Shown: positions 1 to 9,610 of the stretch, one piece after another
Layout: every line of letters begins with the position of its first letter
How positions within the stretch are numbered: the first letter of the stretch is position 1
Assembly: GCA_026129095.1 (NCBI GenBank)
Contig: JAHCIT010000001.1
Span: 310,245 to 374,244, forward strand
Direction of reading: 5' to 3'
DNA: 64,000 nt
From: Deltaproteobacteria bacterium
GTDB lineage: Bacteria > JAGRBM01 > JAHCIT01
Made by a program: the position numbers and the translations under genes
Notes under the pieces: model-generated
The model's input: the letters and a program-made list of their open reading frames with translations, nothing else
Database searches by the model: none
Told to the model about the DNA's origin: nothing

Positions 1-286
1 CCTCTGTATAGGACGGCCGACGACCCGTACGGGCGTCTCCCAGCAACGTGAACTGGGAAATCAGCAGTATGGCACCGCCCGTCTCGCGAATACTCAAATT
101 CGGCTTATCCTGCAGATCATTCAGTATCCGCAGGTTCAGCAGCTTCTCGCTCATCCATAGGGCATCCGCTTCTTTATCCTTTGTCGAAATCCCGATCAGG
201 ACACACAGCCCAGGGCCAATCTCCCCTGCCATTTCGCCATCCACACAGACACATGCCCTGCTGACACGCTGCACAACTGCCCGCAT
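1..286 (-). CDS. dtd: D-aminoacyl-tRNA deacylase (5' part; runs off the window edge, absent from the ORF track)
   Basis: Manual translation of the minus strand from ATG at 286 gives MRAVVQRVSRACVCVDGEMAGEIGPGLCVLIGI...KLLNLRI...ILLISQFTLLGDARTGRRPSY, containing the DTD signatures MRAVVQRV and SQFTL. Confidence 0.93.
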   Translation of the reverse strand, partial: MRAVVQRVSRACVCVDGEMAGEIGPGLCVLIGISTKDKEADALWMSEKLLNLRILNDLQDKPNLSIRETGGAILLISQFTLLGDARTGRRPSYTE

Positions 287-370
287 GAATGCCGTTACTC
301 CCCATTGTCACCCAATAGCCCTGCTTCCGCGTTCGTGCCACACTGGAAACGTACAGACCGTATTACTGCA

Positions 371-2524
371 ATGCTATCAGGCAGCCCTTCCATCCGCTCG
401 ATAGAACCCGTTCAGGTCCGTGAACTGACCGGAGTCGGGATCTTCGGACCCCTCGCCCGGGTATTTTTCATAGCCGTTATCCTAGGTGGTTCCTGGCTGA
501 CTTGGCGGCAACCGGCCGCAGGGCTCGGCCTCGCCTATAGTCCCGTGCTTGCCGGTTATGTCATGGCGGGCATGGCCTCAATCTATTATTTCCTGTGCTT
601 CGCTGTCCGGACATTCCGGAAAGTCCCGCTATCCCCTCGAGTCGATAACTGGCTTGAATATGTCCAGGCAGCCATCGATTCCGTACTGGTTCTGGCAACC
701 GTATACATTTCCGGCTCACAGACCACGAGTTGGGTGGTCCTGATCCTGGTACTTGCCGTCTACTATATGACCACGGCCGGCCCCCGGTTTGGAACCGGAC
801 TGTCGGTATTTCTGGGATTCGCCTATGCGGTCATCGTTTTTCTCGAAAGCCGGCACCTTATTCCTTACGCCCCGATCCACTCACAGCCGGTTTTTCACGA
901 GTATGTAAGTCTCGCTGTGGTCAATTTCGGGGCGGTCGGCTCGGTGGCTGGCGCCCTGATCATTGGCAACTTCGTAGGATGGGTCACTTTCCGTGCCCTC
1001 CAGCGCACACTGGAAACCGAGGTTCAGGTTTCCCGAAAATACGATGAACTGATCCACGGCATCTCGGACATCATCTGGGAATGCGGCCGTGACCAGAACT
1101 ATACCTTTGTCAGCGAAAGCGCCCGTGCCCTGCTCGGTTATGGGCCAGATGAACTGACCGGACGGAATTTCAGGTCGATCTGCAGCGCCGACGATCTGAC
1201 ACGTGTTGACGCATGGCTCAACGGAGGCAACCCAGAGAAAGGCGGGGTGCTCGACTATAGCGTCGTCGCGCGCGACCTTACACTCCACTGGATTTCAACA
1301 ACAGTCACGCCCATTTTGGATAGCGATGGACGGTTCGTGGGGTTCCGTGGAACCGCCCGCGATGTAACCAATGCGCGTATCGCCGAGGAGCGCCTGAGCC
1401 GGGCCCAGCGTTATGAGGCGGTCGCGGCACTGGCGAGCGGTATCGCCCACGACTTCAACAACCTGTTCAATGCCATCAACGGATTTGCCCAGCTGGAGCG
1501 TTTGAATGCAGCGGACGGCACAGAGCCCGCCGAAAATCTGGACGCCATCATCAAGGCTGCACGCCGGGGAACAGCCCTCACCAGCAATCTGCTCAATCTG
1601 AGCCGTCCCCAGCTTTTTCAGAAAGGGATGGTTAACCCTGCCGAGCTTCTGGAACATACCCGGCAGATCGCCCGGGCCAGCATGGGCGGGCGGATACTCA
1701 TAGACATCGATATCCGCACCCGCCGCCAGATTCTCGGAGATGAAAACCTGCTTTCCACCGTGATTCTGAACCTGTGCCTGAATGCGCGGGATGCCATTGG
1801 CTCCAGGGATGGGCGGATCCTGATGAGCGTCGACGAATCCAGGGATGGACGGCAGGTGATTATTGCGGTTGAGGATAACGGCACCGGTATCCCCCCTGAG
1901 CTGCATGAAAAGATTTTCCTCCCCTTTTACACCACCAAACCGCGCGGTTCCGGAACCGGACTGGGACTGGCCATGGCCCGCAAGATCGTCACCGAGCATG
2001 GAGGCTCACTGGAACCCGGGAGTTCCACACTCGGAGGCGCCGCATTTGTTCTGACCCTGCCTGCCGCCGACGGAATGCCTCATCCCAAACAAACGCCAGG
2101 AACCGCATCCGCATCAGCTGCGCCTGTCCGGCGGCTACGGGTAATGGTCGTTGATGACGAAGAGTCGAATCTTGTGCTGGTCGCCAAACTGCTTGAGCGC
2201 CGGGGCCATACCGTCATGCCGTTTTCCAGCGGCGTTGATGCCCTCCGCTGGATGGAACGTCTGGACAAGCCGGTAGATGTCGCAGTTCTCGACATGGTGA
2301 TGCCGGAGAAATCGGGCATCGAAACCTTCCACGAACTGCGTGCCATGCAGCCCGGATTACCGGTACTGTTCATTTCAGGCTATGCTGAGGCAGAACACCT
2401 GCGTTCGGTGCTGGCGGCATCCAAAACATGGTTTCTGCCGAAACCACTGGATCTCGACCGTTTTGCCGATACCTTGGAGAAAAGCGTTCATATCCCGGTT
2501 GCCTTGTCGGCTTCCGCCGGCTGA
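371..2524 (+). CDS. Membrane-bound hybrid sensor histidine kinase (multi-TM, PAS, HisKA, HATPase, REC)
   Basis: About 6 hydrophobic segments, a PAS domain, H-box IAHDFNNL, N-box NLCLNARDA, G boxes DNGTGI and GTGLGL, and a C-terminal receiver (VVDDE..LDMVMP..SG..KP). Start taken at ATG 371; the ORF track starts at 305. Confidence 0.9.
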   Translation: MLSGSPSIRSIEPVQVRELTGVGIFGPLARVFFIAVILGGSWLTWRQPAAGLGLAYSPVLAGYVMAGMASIYYFLCFAVRTFRKVPLSPRVDNWLEYVQAAIDSVLVLATVYISGSQTTSWVVLILVLAVYYMTTAGPRFGTGLSVFLGFAYAVIVFLESRHLIPYAPIHSQPVFHEYVSLAVVNFGAVGSVAGALIIGNFVGWVTFRALQRTLETEVQVSRKYDELIHGISDIIWECGRDQNYTFVSESARALLGYGPDELTGRNFRSICSADDLTRVDAWLNGGNPEKGGVLDYSVVARDLTLHWISTTVTPILDSDGRFVGFRGTARDVTNARIAEERLSRAQRYEAVAALASGIAHDFNNLFNAINGFAQLERLNAADGTEPAENLDAIIKAARRGTALTSNLLNLSRPQLFQKGMVNPAELLEHTRQIARASMGGRILIDIDIRTRRQILGDENLLSTVILNLCLNARDAIGSRDGRILMSVDESRDGRQVIIAVEDNGTGIPPELHEKIFLPFYTTKPRGSGTGLGLAMARKIVTEHGGSLEPGSSTLGGAAFVLTLPAADGMPHPKQTPGTASASAAPVRRLRVMVVDDEESNLVLVAKLLERRGHTVMPFSSGVDALRWMERLDKPVDVAVLDMVMPEKSGIETFHELRAMQPGLPVLFISGYAEAEHLRSVLAASKTWFLPKPLDLDRFADTLEKSVHIPVALSASAG

Positions 2525-3753
2525 TGCCGCCGCTCTTCCTCTATTACGAGCTGATCCCGTCCCGAACGCTTCGCCCGGTACAAACACTGGTCGGCTCGCT
2601 CCAGGCAATAGTCCAGATCAGCCGGGTTCGCGGCAGCCCAGACAGAAAAGGCTCCCAGACTGAGCGTCACGCTGAACGTCCCCGCTCCATCCACAAACCG
2701 GGTATCACGCACTTGATCAAGAATACGGAGGAGGATGGTCCGGGCACCGTCTCCGCCAGTATCGGTCAGCAGCAGCACGAATTCGTCCCCGCCGAACCTG
2801 AACGCGAAATCCATGCCCCGGCGCAAGGACCGGTCGAAAACACCGCCGACGGTTTTCAGCACCAGATCACCGGCGGCGTGCCCCCTGGAATCGTTCACCC
2901 GCTTGAAAAAATCGATATCCACGAGGGCGAACGTTACGGCCGTGCCGGTGCGGGCGGCGCGCTCCAGCTCCCTCATCGCACTCAGCTCAAAAACCCGGCG
3001 GTTATACAGGCCAGTAAGCGAATCCCGGCTGGCAGCTACTTCCAGTTCGTCCCGTTTTCGTGCCAGTTCTTCCAGCACTGCCAGGCCCACGGAATACACC
3101 ACAAAAATGCAGCACACATAAGAGGCAATGACGGGAAGCGCATGCCATCGCGACGTCTGCAAATTGACAAACTCAAGGGACCATTCGACATGGGGAATTA
3201 TTTCAAAGGTTTCCAGCAGGATGATACCTGTCAGCAGAACCGCATCAGCGATTGCCAGCAGGCGGATCCGGTAACGATCGAGCAGCAGAATGCCCATGAG
3301 GATCGGGACCAGCACAAACATGGAAACAAATGCCGTCCATGTTCCGGCTGACCAGACCAGCAGACACAGGAACAGGGAATCCCGAAGCAAAACCGAAAAA
3401 ACTGTCCGATGAAATTTTTCTTCCAGTGGACGGCCACGGGCATACCGGCCACACCAGATATAAAGCCGGCTCTGGATCGGCACGTAAACAAGGGTTACCA
3501 AGACAAGAAGCCAACCAGCCCCGGAGGGGGTTTTTTCGAGAAATACCGGTGCCCCTAGAAGCAGGATGATGGTGAAAGTCAGACCCGCAATCACCAGATA
3601 GGCACGGAATGTCCGAACCACAAACTCCGGGCGCATCGCAGTGGCGTGAGCCCCGGCGGGCGAATCAGGGAAACTCATCGATCTTGTAACAAGGTTAGCC
3701 TTTAATGATACCACAGGGCCAGTCACGGCCTGATTCACTGACTTTGACGTCAT
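2488..3753 (-). CDS. Membrane-bound diguanylate cyclase (GGDEF)
   Basis: N-terminal TM helices, [20 protein letters not shown], intact GGDEF and an RxxD I-site (RGMD) five residues upstream. Start uncertain. Confidence 0.9.
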   Translation of the reverse strand: MTSKSVNQAVTGPVVSLKANLVTRSMSFPDSPAGAHATAMRPEFVVRTFRAYLVIAGLTFTIILLLGAPVFLEKTPSGAGWLLVLVTLVYVPIQSRLYIWCGRYARGRPLEEKFHRTVFSVLLRDSLFLCLLVWSAGTWTAFVSMFVLVPILMGILLLDRYRIRLLAIADAVLLTGIILLETFEIIPHVEWSLEFVNLQTSRWHALPVIASYVCCIFVVYSVGLAVLEELARKRDELEVAASRDSLTGLYNRRVFELSAMRELERAARTGTAVTFALVDIDFFKRVNDSRGHAAGDLVLKTVGGVFDRSLRRGMDFAFRFGGDEFVLLLTDTGGDGARTILLRILDQVRDTRFVDGAGTFSVTLSLGAFSVWAAANPADLDYCLERADQCLYRAKRSGRDQLVIEEERRHQPAEADKATGI

Positions 3754-3785
3754 TCTACCTCAGCCCGTATGACCGCCTGAAATGC

Positions 3786-3814
3786 TTGAGATTTTCGGCC
3801 AAACCGTGCAAAAT
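3786..3814 (+). promoter_or_regulatory. Putative sigma70-type promoter of the chemosensory operon
   Basis: TTGAGA-17 nt-CAAAAT, 37 nt upstream of the MCP ATG at 3852. Confidence 0.45.
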
Positions 3815-3851
3815 ACTTCCCGGTCCCACGGGAAAAGAGCATTCCGCCGAC

Positions 3852-5186
3852 ATGAACCGCAAACGGATCCCATTGGGTACGAGACTGCTTCTCGCCTCGG
3901 CAGGCGGAGCATTTCTCGCATCCTTCATTGTCGTGGGCTATGTCCAGCTATTCCCCGGACTTCCCTTCGCCACAATCGTCCTCGTCGCTGTAGCCGCCGC
4001 CGGCGTGCCGACCCTGTTCGTCCAATGGCGGGTAGTCCGCCCCCTGAGCGACGACATGGAAGGGCTGATTGACGCATCCAAGCGGGTTACCGCCGGCAAA
4101 CTCGACCAGCCGGTCGCCCTAGCCCCCGGTCGCCCGGACGACGAAATAACAGAAGTCGCTGAAGCGATTGACCGGCTGCGGGAGAATATCAAGGCACTGG
4201 TAAACCAGATTCAGGGGACTGCCCGGAGTCTTTCCACCTCGACACACAATCTGTCTGCGACGGCGGAACAGATGAGTTCGTCCACGGCCGAGATCGCATC
4301 GACCATGGCCGATATTTCCAGGGGCACTGAATCGCAGTCAGCACTGGTCGAGACCACCACAAAAAGCATGCGGGAGATGGTCGAAGCACTCAAGATGACC
4401 GACCGCAGCGCCCGCGATGGCGAGGCATCGGCAACGCTGGCGGCCAAGACCGCACGGGAATCGTCCGAACTTGCCCGGCAGGCGGTTGACAAGATGGCCG
4501 ATGTTTTCGCCCGGGTGGAAGCATCGGCCAAACTCGTTGTCGAATTCTCCAACAAGACCAAGCAGGTGAACAAGATCGTCGATGTGATCAGCGGTATCGC
4601 ACAGAAAACGACACTGCTGTCACTCAATGCAACCATCGAGGCGGCCCGTGCCGGTGAATATGGCCGCGGGTTCGCTGTTGTGGCGGATGAAATCCGGAAA
4701 CTGGCGGAGTCCACGACCACATCTGCCGAGGCCATTTCCGATCTGATCGAAGGCATCGATGCCGAGAGCCGGCGCGTGTTCGAATCGATGCAAACCTCGA
4801 TTACCATGATCGAGAAAGGCCGCGTGGACATCACCACGGTTGGCAACTCGCTGGAAGCAATTGTTGCCTCGGTGGCCGAATCCGAGAGTCTTGCCAAGCA
4901 GATTTCCGACTTTGCTACCGGCCAGACGGATCAGTCACAGCGAATGCTCAAGGCCATCGAGGATATCCAGAAGGTTGCCGAAAACGTCGCAGCAGCCACG
5001 ATGGAAATATCGGCATCCACACAGGAGCAAACGTCGTCAATGCAGCAGATGGCCAAATCGGCGCAGGATCTGTCCAGAATGGCCGAAACGCTGAAAATGC
5101 TGGCAAACCGGTTTCAGGTAAGCAGCGAGCCGGCGCTGCCCGGCACGGGACTTAGCCCGACGGATGATGAGGTATTGATCGGTTAA
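3852..5186 (+). CDS. difA: Methyl-accepting chemotaxis protein, DifA-like (TM hairpin, HAMP, signalling domain)
   Basis: Two TM helices with almost no periplasmic loop, a HAMP domain and the hairpin tip [31 protein letters not shown]. The symbol is inferred from topology and gene order. Confidence 0.8.
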   Translation: MNRKRIPLGTRLLLASAGGAFLASFIVVGYVQLFPGLPFATIVLVAVAAAGVPTLFVQWRVVRPLSDDMEGLIDASKRVTAGKLDQPVALAPGRPDDEITEVAEAIDRLRENIKALVNQIQGTARSLSTSTHNLSATAEQMSSSTAEIASTMADISRGTESQSALVETTTKSMREMVEALKMTDRSARDGEASATLAAKTARESSELARQAVDKMADVFARVEASAKLVVEFSNKTKQVNKIVDVISGIAQKTTLLSLNATIEAARAGEYGRGFAVVADEIRKLAESTTTSAEAISDLIEGIDAESRRVFESMQTSITMIEKGRVDITTVGNSLEAIVASVAESESLAKQISDFATGQTDQSQRMLKAIEDIQKVAENVAAATMEISASTQEQTSSMQQMAKSAQDLSRMAETLKMLANRFQVSSEPALPGTGLSPTDDEVLIG

Positions 5187-5191
5187 CAGGC

Positions 5192-5647
5192 ATGGGCACG
5201 GCACCGTCCCAGTATGTGATTTTCCGTTGTGGGGCGGAACGGTACGCCATAGAACTGGCGCGCGTCCTGCAAGTGGTCGAAGAAAGAGAACACGAACTGG
5301 AGCCGGTACCGAGCGCGCCGGGGCCCTGCCTGGGCGTGTTTTCATACTATGGACGTCTGATTGCCGTCTTTGATAGCCTTCCTCTTTTGGGGGGCAGCCA
5401 GTCAGGAACGCCGGACCTGGAGGGCGAGAGCAAGGGGTTTCCGGTGTGGCTTGTCATGCGATCCGAAGAATATTCGGTCGCACTCCGGGTCGATGGGGTT
5501 GAATCCATTGTCGAAATTGGTGACGGATGGAATCGCCCTGAGGAGGCCCAGGACGGCCTTGTCGATGCCCTGTGGCAGGATCGGGGGACGGTAGTGAACC
5601 GGATCGATCCACAGGGCCTGTTGCACAGGATGGACTGCCTGTTTTAG
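5192..5647 (+). CDS. cheW: CheW coupling protein (DifC-like)
   Basis: YVIFRCGAERYAIEL..V, PVPSAP..CLGVFSYYGRLIAVFD and VALRVDGVESI match the CheW pattern. Confidence 0.85.
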   Translation: MGTAPSQYVIFRCGAERYAIELARVLQVVEEREHELEPVPSAPGPCLGVFSYYGRLIAVFDSLPLLGGSQSGTPDLEGESKGFPVWLVMRSEEYSVALRVDGVESIVEIGDGWNRPEEAQDGLVDALWQDRGTVVNRIDPQGLLHRMDCLF

Positions 5648-5664
5648 CTTGAAACAGGCAGTCC
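5632..5664. repeat. Perfect 13-bp inverted repeat with the cheW stop codon in its loop
   Basis: GGACTGCCTGTTT-TAGCTTG-AAACAGGCAGTCC. Confidence 0.85.
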
Positions 5665-5696
5665 TATACTGGAAGGCATCAAGTTAGGGGTCAGGT

Positions 5697-6062
5697 ATGG
5701 CGATACGGATACTGATCGCGGATGACGCGGTATTCATGCGGAATATGATCCGCGATATTTTCTCCAGCGACGAGTTCGAAGTCGTAGGCGAGGCTGCCAA
5801 CGGTGTCGAGGCCGTGCAGCGGTACAATGAGCTCAAGCCGGAAATCGTCACGATGGATATTGTGATGCCAATGAAAAGCGGTATTGAGGCCGTCAAGGAA
5901 ATCTGCCAGATCGACAGCGCGGCAAAAATCATCATGTGCTCTGCGCTGGGTCAGGAATCGCTCGTAATGGAAGCCATTGAGGCCGGTGCCAGCGATTTCA
6001 TAGTCAAGCCGTTTACACCGGAAAAAGTCGTCGAGGTGGTCCGTAAGGTCGCTGCGCTCTAG
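5697..6062 (+). CDS. cheY: CheY-like single-domain response regulator (DifD-like)
   Basis: ADDAVFMRNMI..GEAANG..TMDIVMP.KSGIEA..MCSALGQESLVMEAIEAGASDFIVKPF closely resembles M. xanthus DifD as I recall it. Confidence 0.92.
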   Translation: MAIRILIADDAVFMRNMIRDIFSSDEFEVVGEAANGVEAVQRYNELKPEIVTMDIVMPMKSGIEAVKEICQIDSAAKIIMCSALGQESLVMEAIEAGASDFIVKPFTPEKVVEVVRKVAAL

Positions 6063-6140
6063 GGCGCCAGACGATCTGCCCCAACTCCCGGGGTGCCGGA
6101 TCCTTATTCGGCCTGGACTGAAAGTAGAGGACCGGTCGCC

Positions 6141-8087
6141 ATGGACATGGGCAAATACCGCGCCCTGTTCGTGAACGAGGCGACTGACCAGCTTTCACAG
6201 ATGTCCACCCTGGCAGTGGATCTGGAAAAAGAGGACGTTTCCGAAACCGTCCAGTCACTTTTCCGTTTGTCTCATTCGATCAAAGGCATGGCGGCCTCCA
6301 TGGACTTTGGCGAAGTCGCATCGCTTGCCCATGCCATTGAAGACCTTTTCAGCCGCTATGACCGGGACAAGATGCGTCCTGAACCGGAATCAGTAGATCT
6401 GGTCCTGGAGACCATCGACCAGCTCCGATCCATGATCTCTGCCCGGGAGTCAGACAACCCGCTGCCGCCGGCCGACGCCCTGGTTGGCCGGATTCGTGAA
6501 CGGGCGGGATCAGTCCGCGGTGGTCCGTTGCCGGTCGCCCATGCCGCGTCAGCGGGCGTTGTCGCCGCACCCGAACCCCGGCAGGCGGAAGGACTGTCAT
6601 ACCGGGTCCGCGTAAGGATTGATGACAAGTGCCAGACACTCGGAGTCCGGGGATTCCTTGTCTGCAAAAAACTCCAGGAATCGGGCCCCGTCGCATCGCT
6701 CAACCACACCATGGATGAGATCAGGGCCGGAAAATTCGACAATCTCATAGAAGCGGTTCTCACCGTCAGTGATCCTGAGAAACTCGAAAAACAGCTGCGG
6801 GCGATCACCGATGTTGTACAGGTCGAGGTACAGGCACTGAAACCCGCCGAACCGGCCGTCAATATGGTGGAAGCCCGGTCTGTATCGCACAAGCGGGCAT
6901 TGGGAACCACTGTCCGCGTCAAGATTGAAACTCTCGACCAGCTCGTCAACATGGTTGGCGAGTTCATCCTGGCCCGCGCCCGAATCGAAAAGGCCACCTC
7001 ACATCTGGATGATCCGGCCCTTCGGTCAGCCGTCGATCGCCTGAATGCACTGGTACGCGACCTCTCGGATCAGGTCATGCGGGTCCGGCTGATGCCTCTT
7101 GATTCGGTAGCCGATCTCTTCCCTCGCGCGGTCCGTGAAGCAGCCCGTAAAAGCGGCCGGGATGTCGATTTCGAAATCGCAGGACGAGATCTGGAAACCG
7201 ACCGGGCCGTACTGGAAGCCGTCGTGGATCCCATAATCCATATTCTCAGGAACTGTGTCGACCACGGCATTGAATTGCCGGCGGACCGCGTTAAAGGCGG
7301 AAAACCCCAGCGCGGCCACATCCGGATGCTGGCCTACCGGGACCGGGACACGGCTATCATCCAGATTAGTGATGACGGGAAGGGCATTGACGAAAAGCGG
7401 GTCATTGCCAAGGCGGTCAAAGCCGGACAGCTGGCTGCAGACCGGGTCCCTCACCTCACCCGTGCCGAAGCGCTGATGCTGATATGCCTTCCGGGTGTTT
7501 CCACCGCATCCACGCTTACCGAAACCTCCGGACGGGGTGTGGGAATGTCCGCCGTCAAGACTGCTGTCGAGCAGATCGGCGGCACACTGGTGATTGATTC
7601 CGAACAGGGCCGAGGAACCACTTTTACACTCCAGCTGCCACGCTCCATAGCCATCACCAACGTGCTTCTGATACAGGCTGCAGGCCGGACATTCAGCATC
7701 CCGGTGAGCCGTGTTCACTCAACCATTGTACTGGAACCAAGGGAAGTGTTCACAAACCGCGGCAAGCAATTCTGTCAGTTCCGCGACGAAACCATCCCGC
7801 TCTTTTCACTGGAAAACCTGCTCAATCTCCAGACAGTCGTCGGATTGGAGCGGGCATCCGGTATCGGACGGCATGCTGTCATTATTCAGCCTGAAGGCCG
7901 GCATTCCGTGGCCATCGCTGTAGACCGTTTCCTTGGCCAGCAGGAGGTATTTGTCCGGCCGATCGGGAAGCCGCTTGAGCGGATTCCGGCTCTGGCAGGT
8001 GTCACCATACTGGGAGACGGGCGGCCAGTATTTGTGCTCGATCCTGCCCGGCTCGTGGAAACTACCGTGCGCGGAGCGGCTGCGTGA
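6141..8087 (+). CDS. cheA: CheA histidine kinase (DifE-like: P1/Hpt, P2, P3, P4, P5)
   Basis: Hpt LFRLSHSIKGMA, dimerisation LDQLVNMVGE, HILRNCVDHGIE, DDGKG, SGRGVGM and a C-terminal CheW domain. ATG 6141 follows AGAGG. Confidence 0.93.
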   Translation: MDMGKYRALFVNEATDQLSQMSTLAVDLEKEDVSETVQSLFRLSHSIKGMAASMDFGEVASLAHAIEDLFSRYDRDKMRPEPESVDLVLETIDQLRSMISARESDNPLPPADALVGRIRERAGSVRGGPLPVAHAASAGVVAAPEPRQAEGLSYRVRVRIDDKCQTLGVRGFLVCKKLQESGPVASLNHTMDEIRAGKFDNLIEAVLTVSDPEKLEKQLRAITDVVQVEVQALKPAEPAVNMVEARSVSHKRALGTTVRVKIETLDQLVNMVGEFILARARIEKATSHLDDPALRSAVDRLNALVRDLSDQVMRVRLMPLDSVADLFPRAVREAARKSGRDVDFEIAGRDLETDRAVLEAVVDPIIHILRNCVDHGIELPADRVKGGKPQRGHIRMLAYRDRDTAIIQISDDGKGIDEKRVIAKAVKAGQLAADRVPHLTRAEALMLICLPGVSTASTLTETSGRGVGMSAVKTAVEQIGGTLVIDSEQGRGTTFTLQLPRSIAITNVLLIQAAGRTFSIPVSRVHSTIVLEPREVFTNRGKQFCQFRDETIPLFSLENLLNLQTVVGLERASGIGRHAVIIQPEGRHSVAIAVDRFLGQQEVFVRPIGKPLERIPALAGVTILGDGRPVFVLDPARLVETTVRGAAA

Positions 8088-9610
8088 CACGCCCAGATCC
8101 GGCTGATTCACTCAGGGTTCTAGTCGTCGATGACGACCCGTCTGTTCTCGCTCTTCTGGAACAGTACCTCAGACGCTCCGGCTATTCGCCACTGACGGCC
8201 ATTAACGGCAGCGAGGCTCTCGCAAAAGTGCGGGATGAGGAACCTGACCTGATCCTGCTGGACATCATGCTTCCGGATATTTCCGGCCATGAAGTCTGTA
8301 CCCGTATCAGGGCAGAACGTTCTATCCGCCAGATTCCTATCGTCATGATGACCGCTCATGGCGACCGTGAGATCCTGGTACGCTGCCTCGAAAACGGGGC
8401 AGACGATTTTATCCGAAAGCCGATCGATCTCTCGGAACTGAAGGCACGGCTCCGTGCCCAGGCCAGATCACTGGAATTCCGCCAGTTCCACCGGGATTTC
8501 TTCGAATCGTTTCCGGCCCCACTGTTCATTCTCAAGGCTGATGGAACTATCGAAGGCAGCAATCACGCTGCCAGCGAGCTGCTGGGGCTCGCCGGCGATT
8601 CTACCAATGGCCACCTGCTGGTATCCTTCGTGGCAGCAGACGAAAGGGATGTCTTTGACCGTGCACTTCGTCTCGCACCGGAAAGTTCTGCTCCCGTGGT
8701 TATCCCCGAAATCCGCTTCCAGACCGGAACTTCTGGAGCCCGCAGCTGTGAACTTGAGATACAGAGTCTGACCAGAAACACGCGCCGGTTTCTGGTTACT
8801 GCCGTCGACCGGACTCATCGCCGTTACCTGGAGAGTGAGCTGTACAAGACGCGGGATTTTCTGGAATCCATCGTCCAGAGCTCGGTAGACGGGATCATAG
8901 CTGTAAACCGGAAAGGGACGATCGTCGTCTTCAATGAGGGAGCGCAGCGGGTCACCGGTTACCGCGTCGAAGACGTGGTTGGCCGAATGCATATCGCTGA
9001 ACTTTACACCGAAGGCGGGGAGCGCGATGTGATGCGCAAGCTCCGCTCCCCCGACTTTGGCGGCATCGGGAAACTGGAGACTTCATCTTATTTCATTGTC
9101 GGAAAGAACGGAGAACAAATTCCGGTCAATCTTTCCGCATCGCTCCTTCACGATGCATCTGGCCAGGAAGTCGGCTCCGTTGGAATATTTCAGGACCTTC
9201 GCGAACGGATCCGTATCGAGCAGGAACTGTCCGGGGCGCGTGAAAAGCTGATGGAGAGTGAAAAAACCCGGGCGATGCTCGCCACTGCCGGTACGATTGC
9301 GCATGAACTTAACCAGCCGCTCACTGCCATAACAGGTTTCACCCTGATGCTGAAGGAGCGAGGGAACCTGGACCAGATATCCCGCGATTTGCTGGAAAAA
9401 ATCGCCAATGAGGCAGAGCGGATGGCGGATACGATCAAGAAAATCACCAAAATGACAAAGTTCGAGACCAAGCAGTATTTGAACAATACCCAGATTGTTG
9501 ATCTGGAGCGTTCCTCCGAAGGTGGTGAGTCTGCGGCAACTCACAAAGCCGATACCTGGCCACAGCATAGGGCTCCGGGTAAACCCGGAACGAATACTGA
9601 AGATGGTTGA
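8084..9610 (+). CDS. REC-PAS-PAS-HisKA protein lacking the HATPase domain
   Basis: Intact receiver (VVDDD, LLDIMLP, MTA, RKP), two PAS domains and H-box IAHELNQPL, followed by a short tail with no N/G boxes. GTGA overlap with cheA. Confidence 0.85.
   Translation: MTRPDPADSLRVLVVDDDPSVLALLEQYLRRSGYSPLTAINGSEALAKVRDEEPDLILLDIMLPDISGHEVCTRIRAERSIRQIPIVMMTAHGDREILVRCLENGADDFIRKPIDLSELKARLRAQARSLEFRQFHRDFFESFPAPLFILKADGTIEGSNHAASELLGLAGDSTNGHLLVSFVAADERDVFDRALRLAPESSAPVVIPEIRFQTGTSGARSCELEIQSLTRNTRRFLVTAVDRTHRRYLESELYKTRDFLESIVQSSVDGIIAVNRKGTIVVFNEGAQRVTGYRVEDVVGRMHIAELYTEGGERDVMRKLRSPDFGGIGKLETSSYFIVGKNGEQIPVNLSASLLHDASGQEVGSVGIFQDLRERIRIEQELSGAREKLMESEKTRAMLATAGTIAHELNQPLTAITGFTLMLKERGNLDQISRDLLEKIANEAERMADTIKKITKMTKFETKQYLNNTQIVDLERSSEGGESAATHKADTWPQHRAPGKPGTNTEDG

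Noticed and set aside
48-404. 118-aa plus-strand ORF in the track
   Set aside because: Shadow of dtd, which is clearly encoded on the minus strand (1-286).
2428-3351. 307-aa ORF antisense to the diguanylate cyclase
   Set aside because: No motifs; a typical stop-poor antisense frame in GC-rich DNA.
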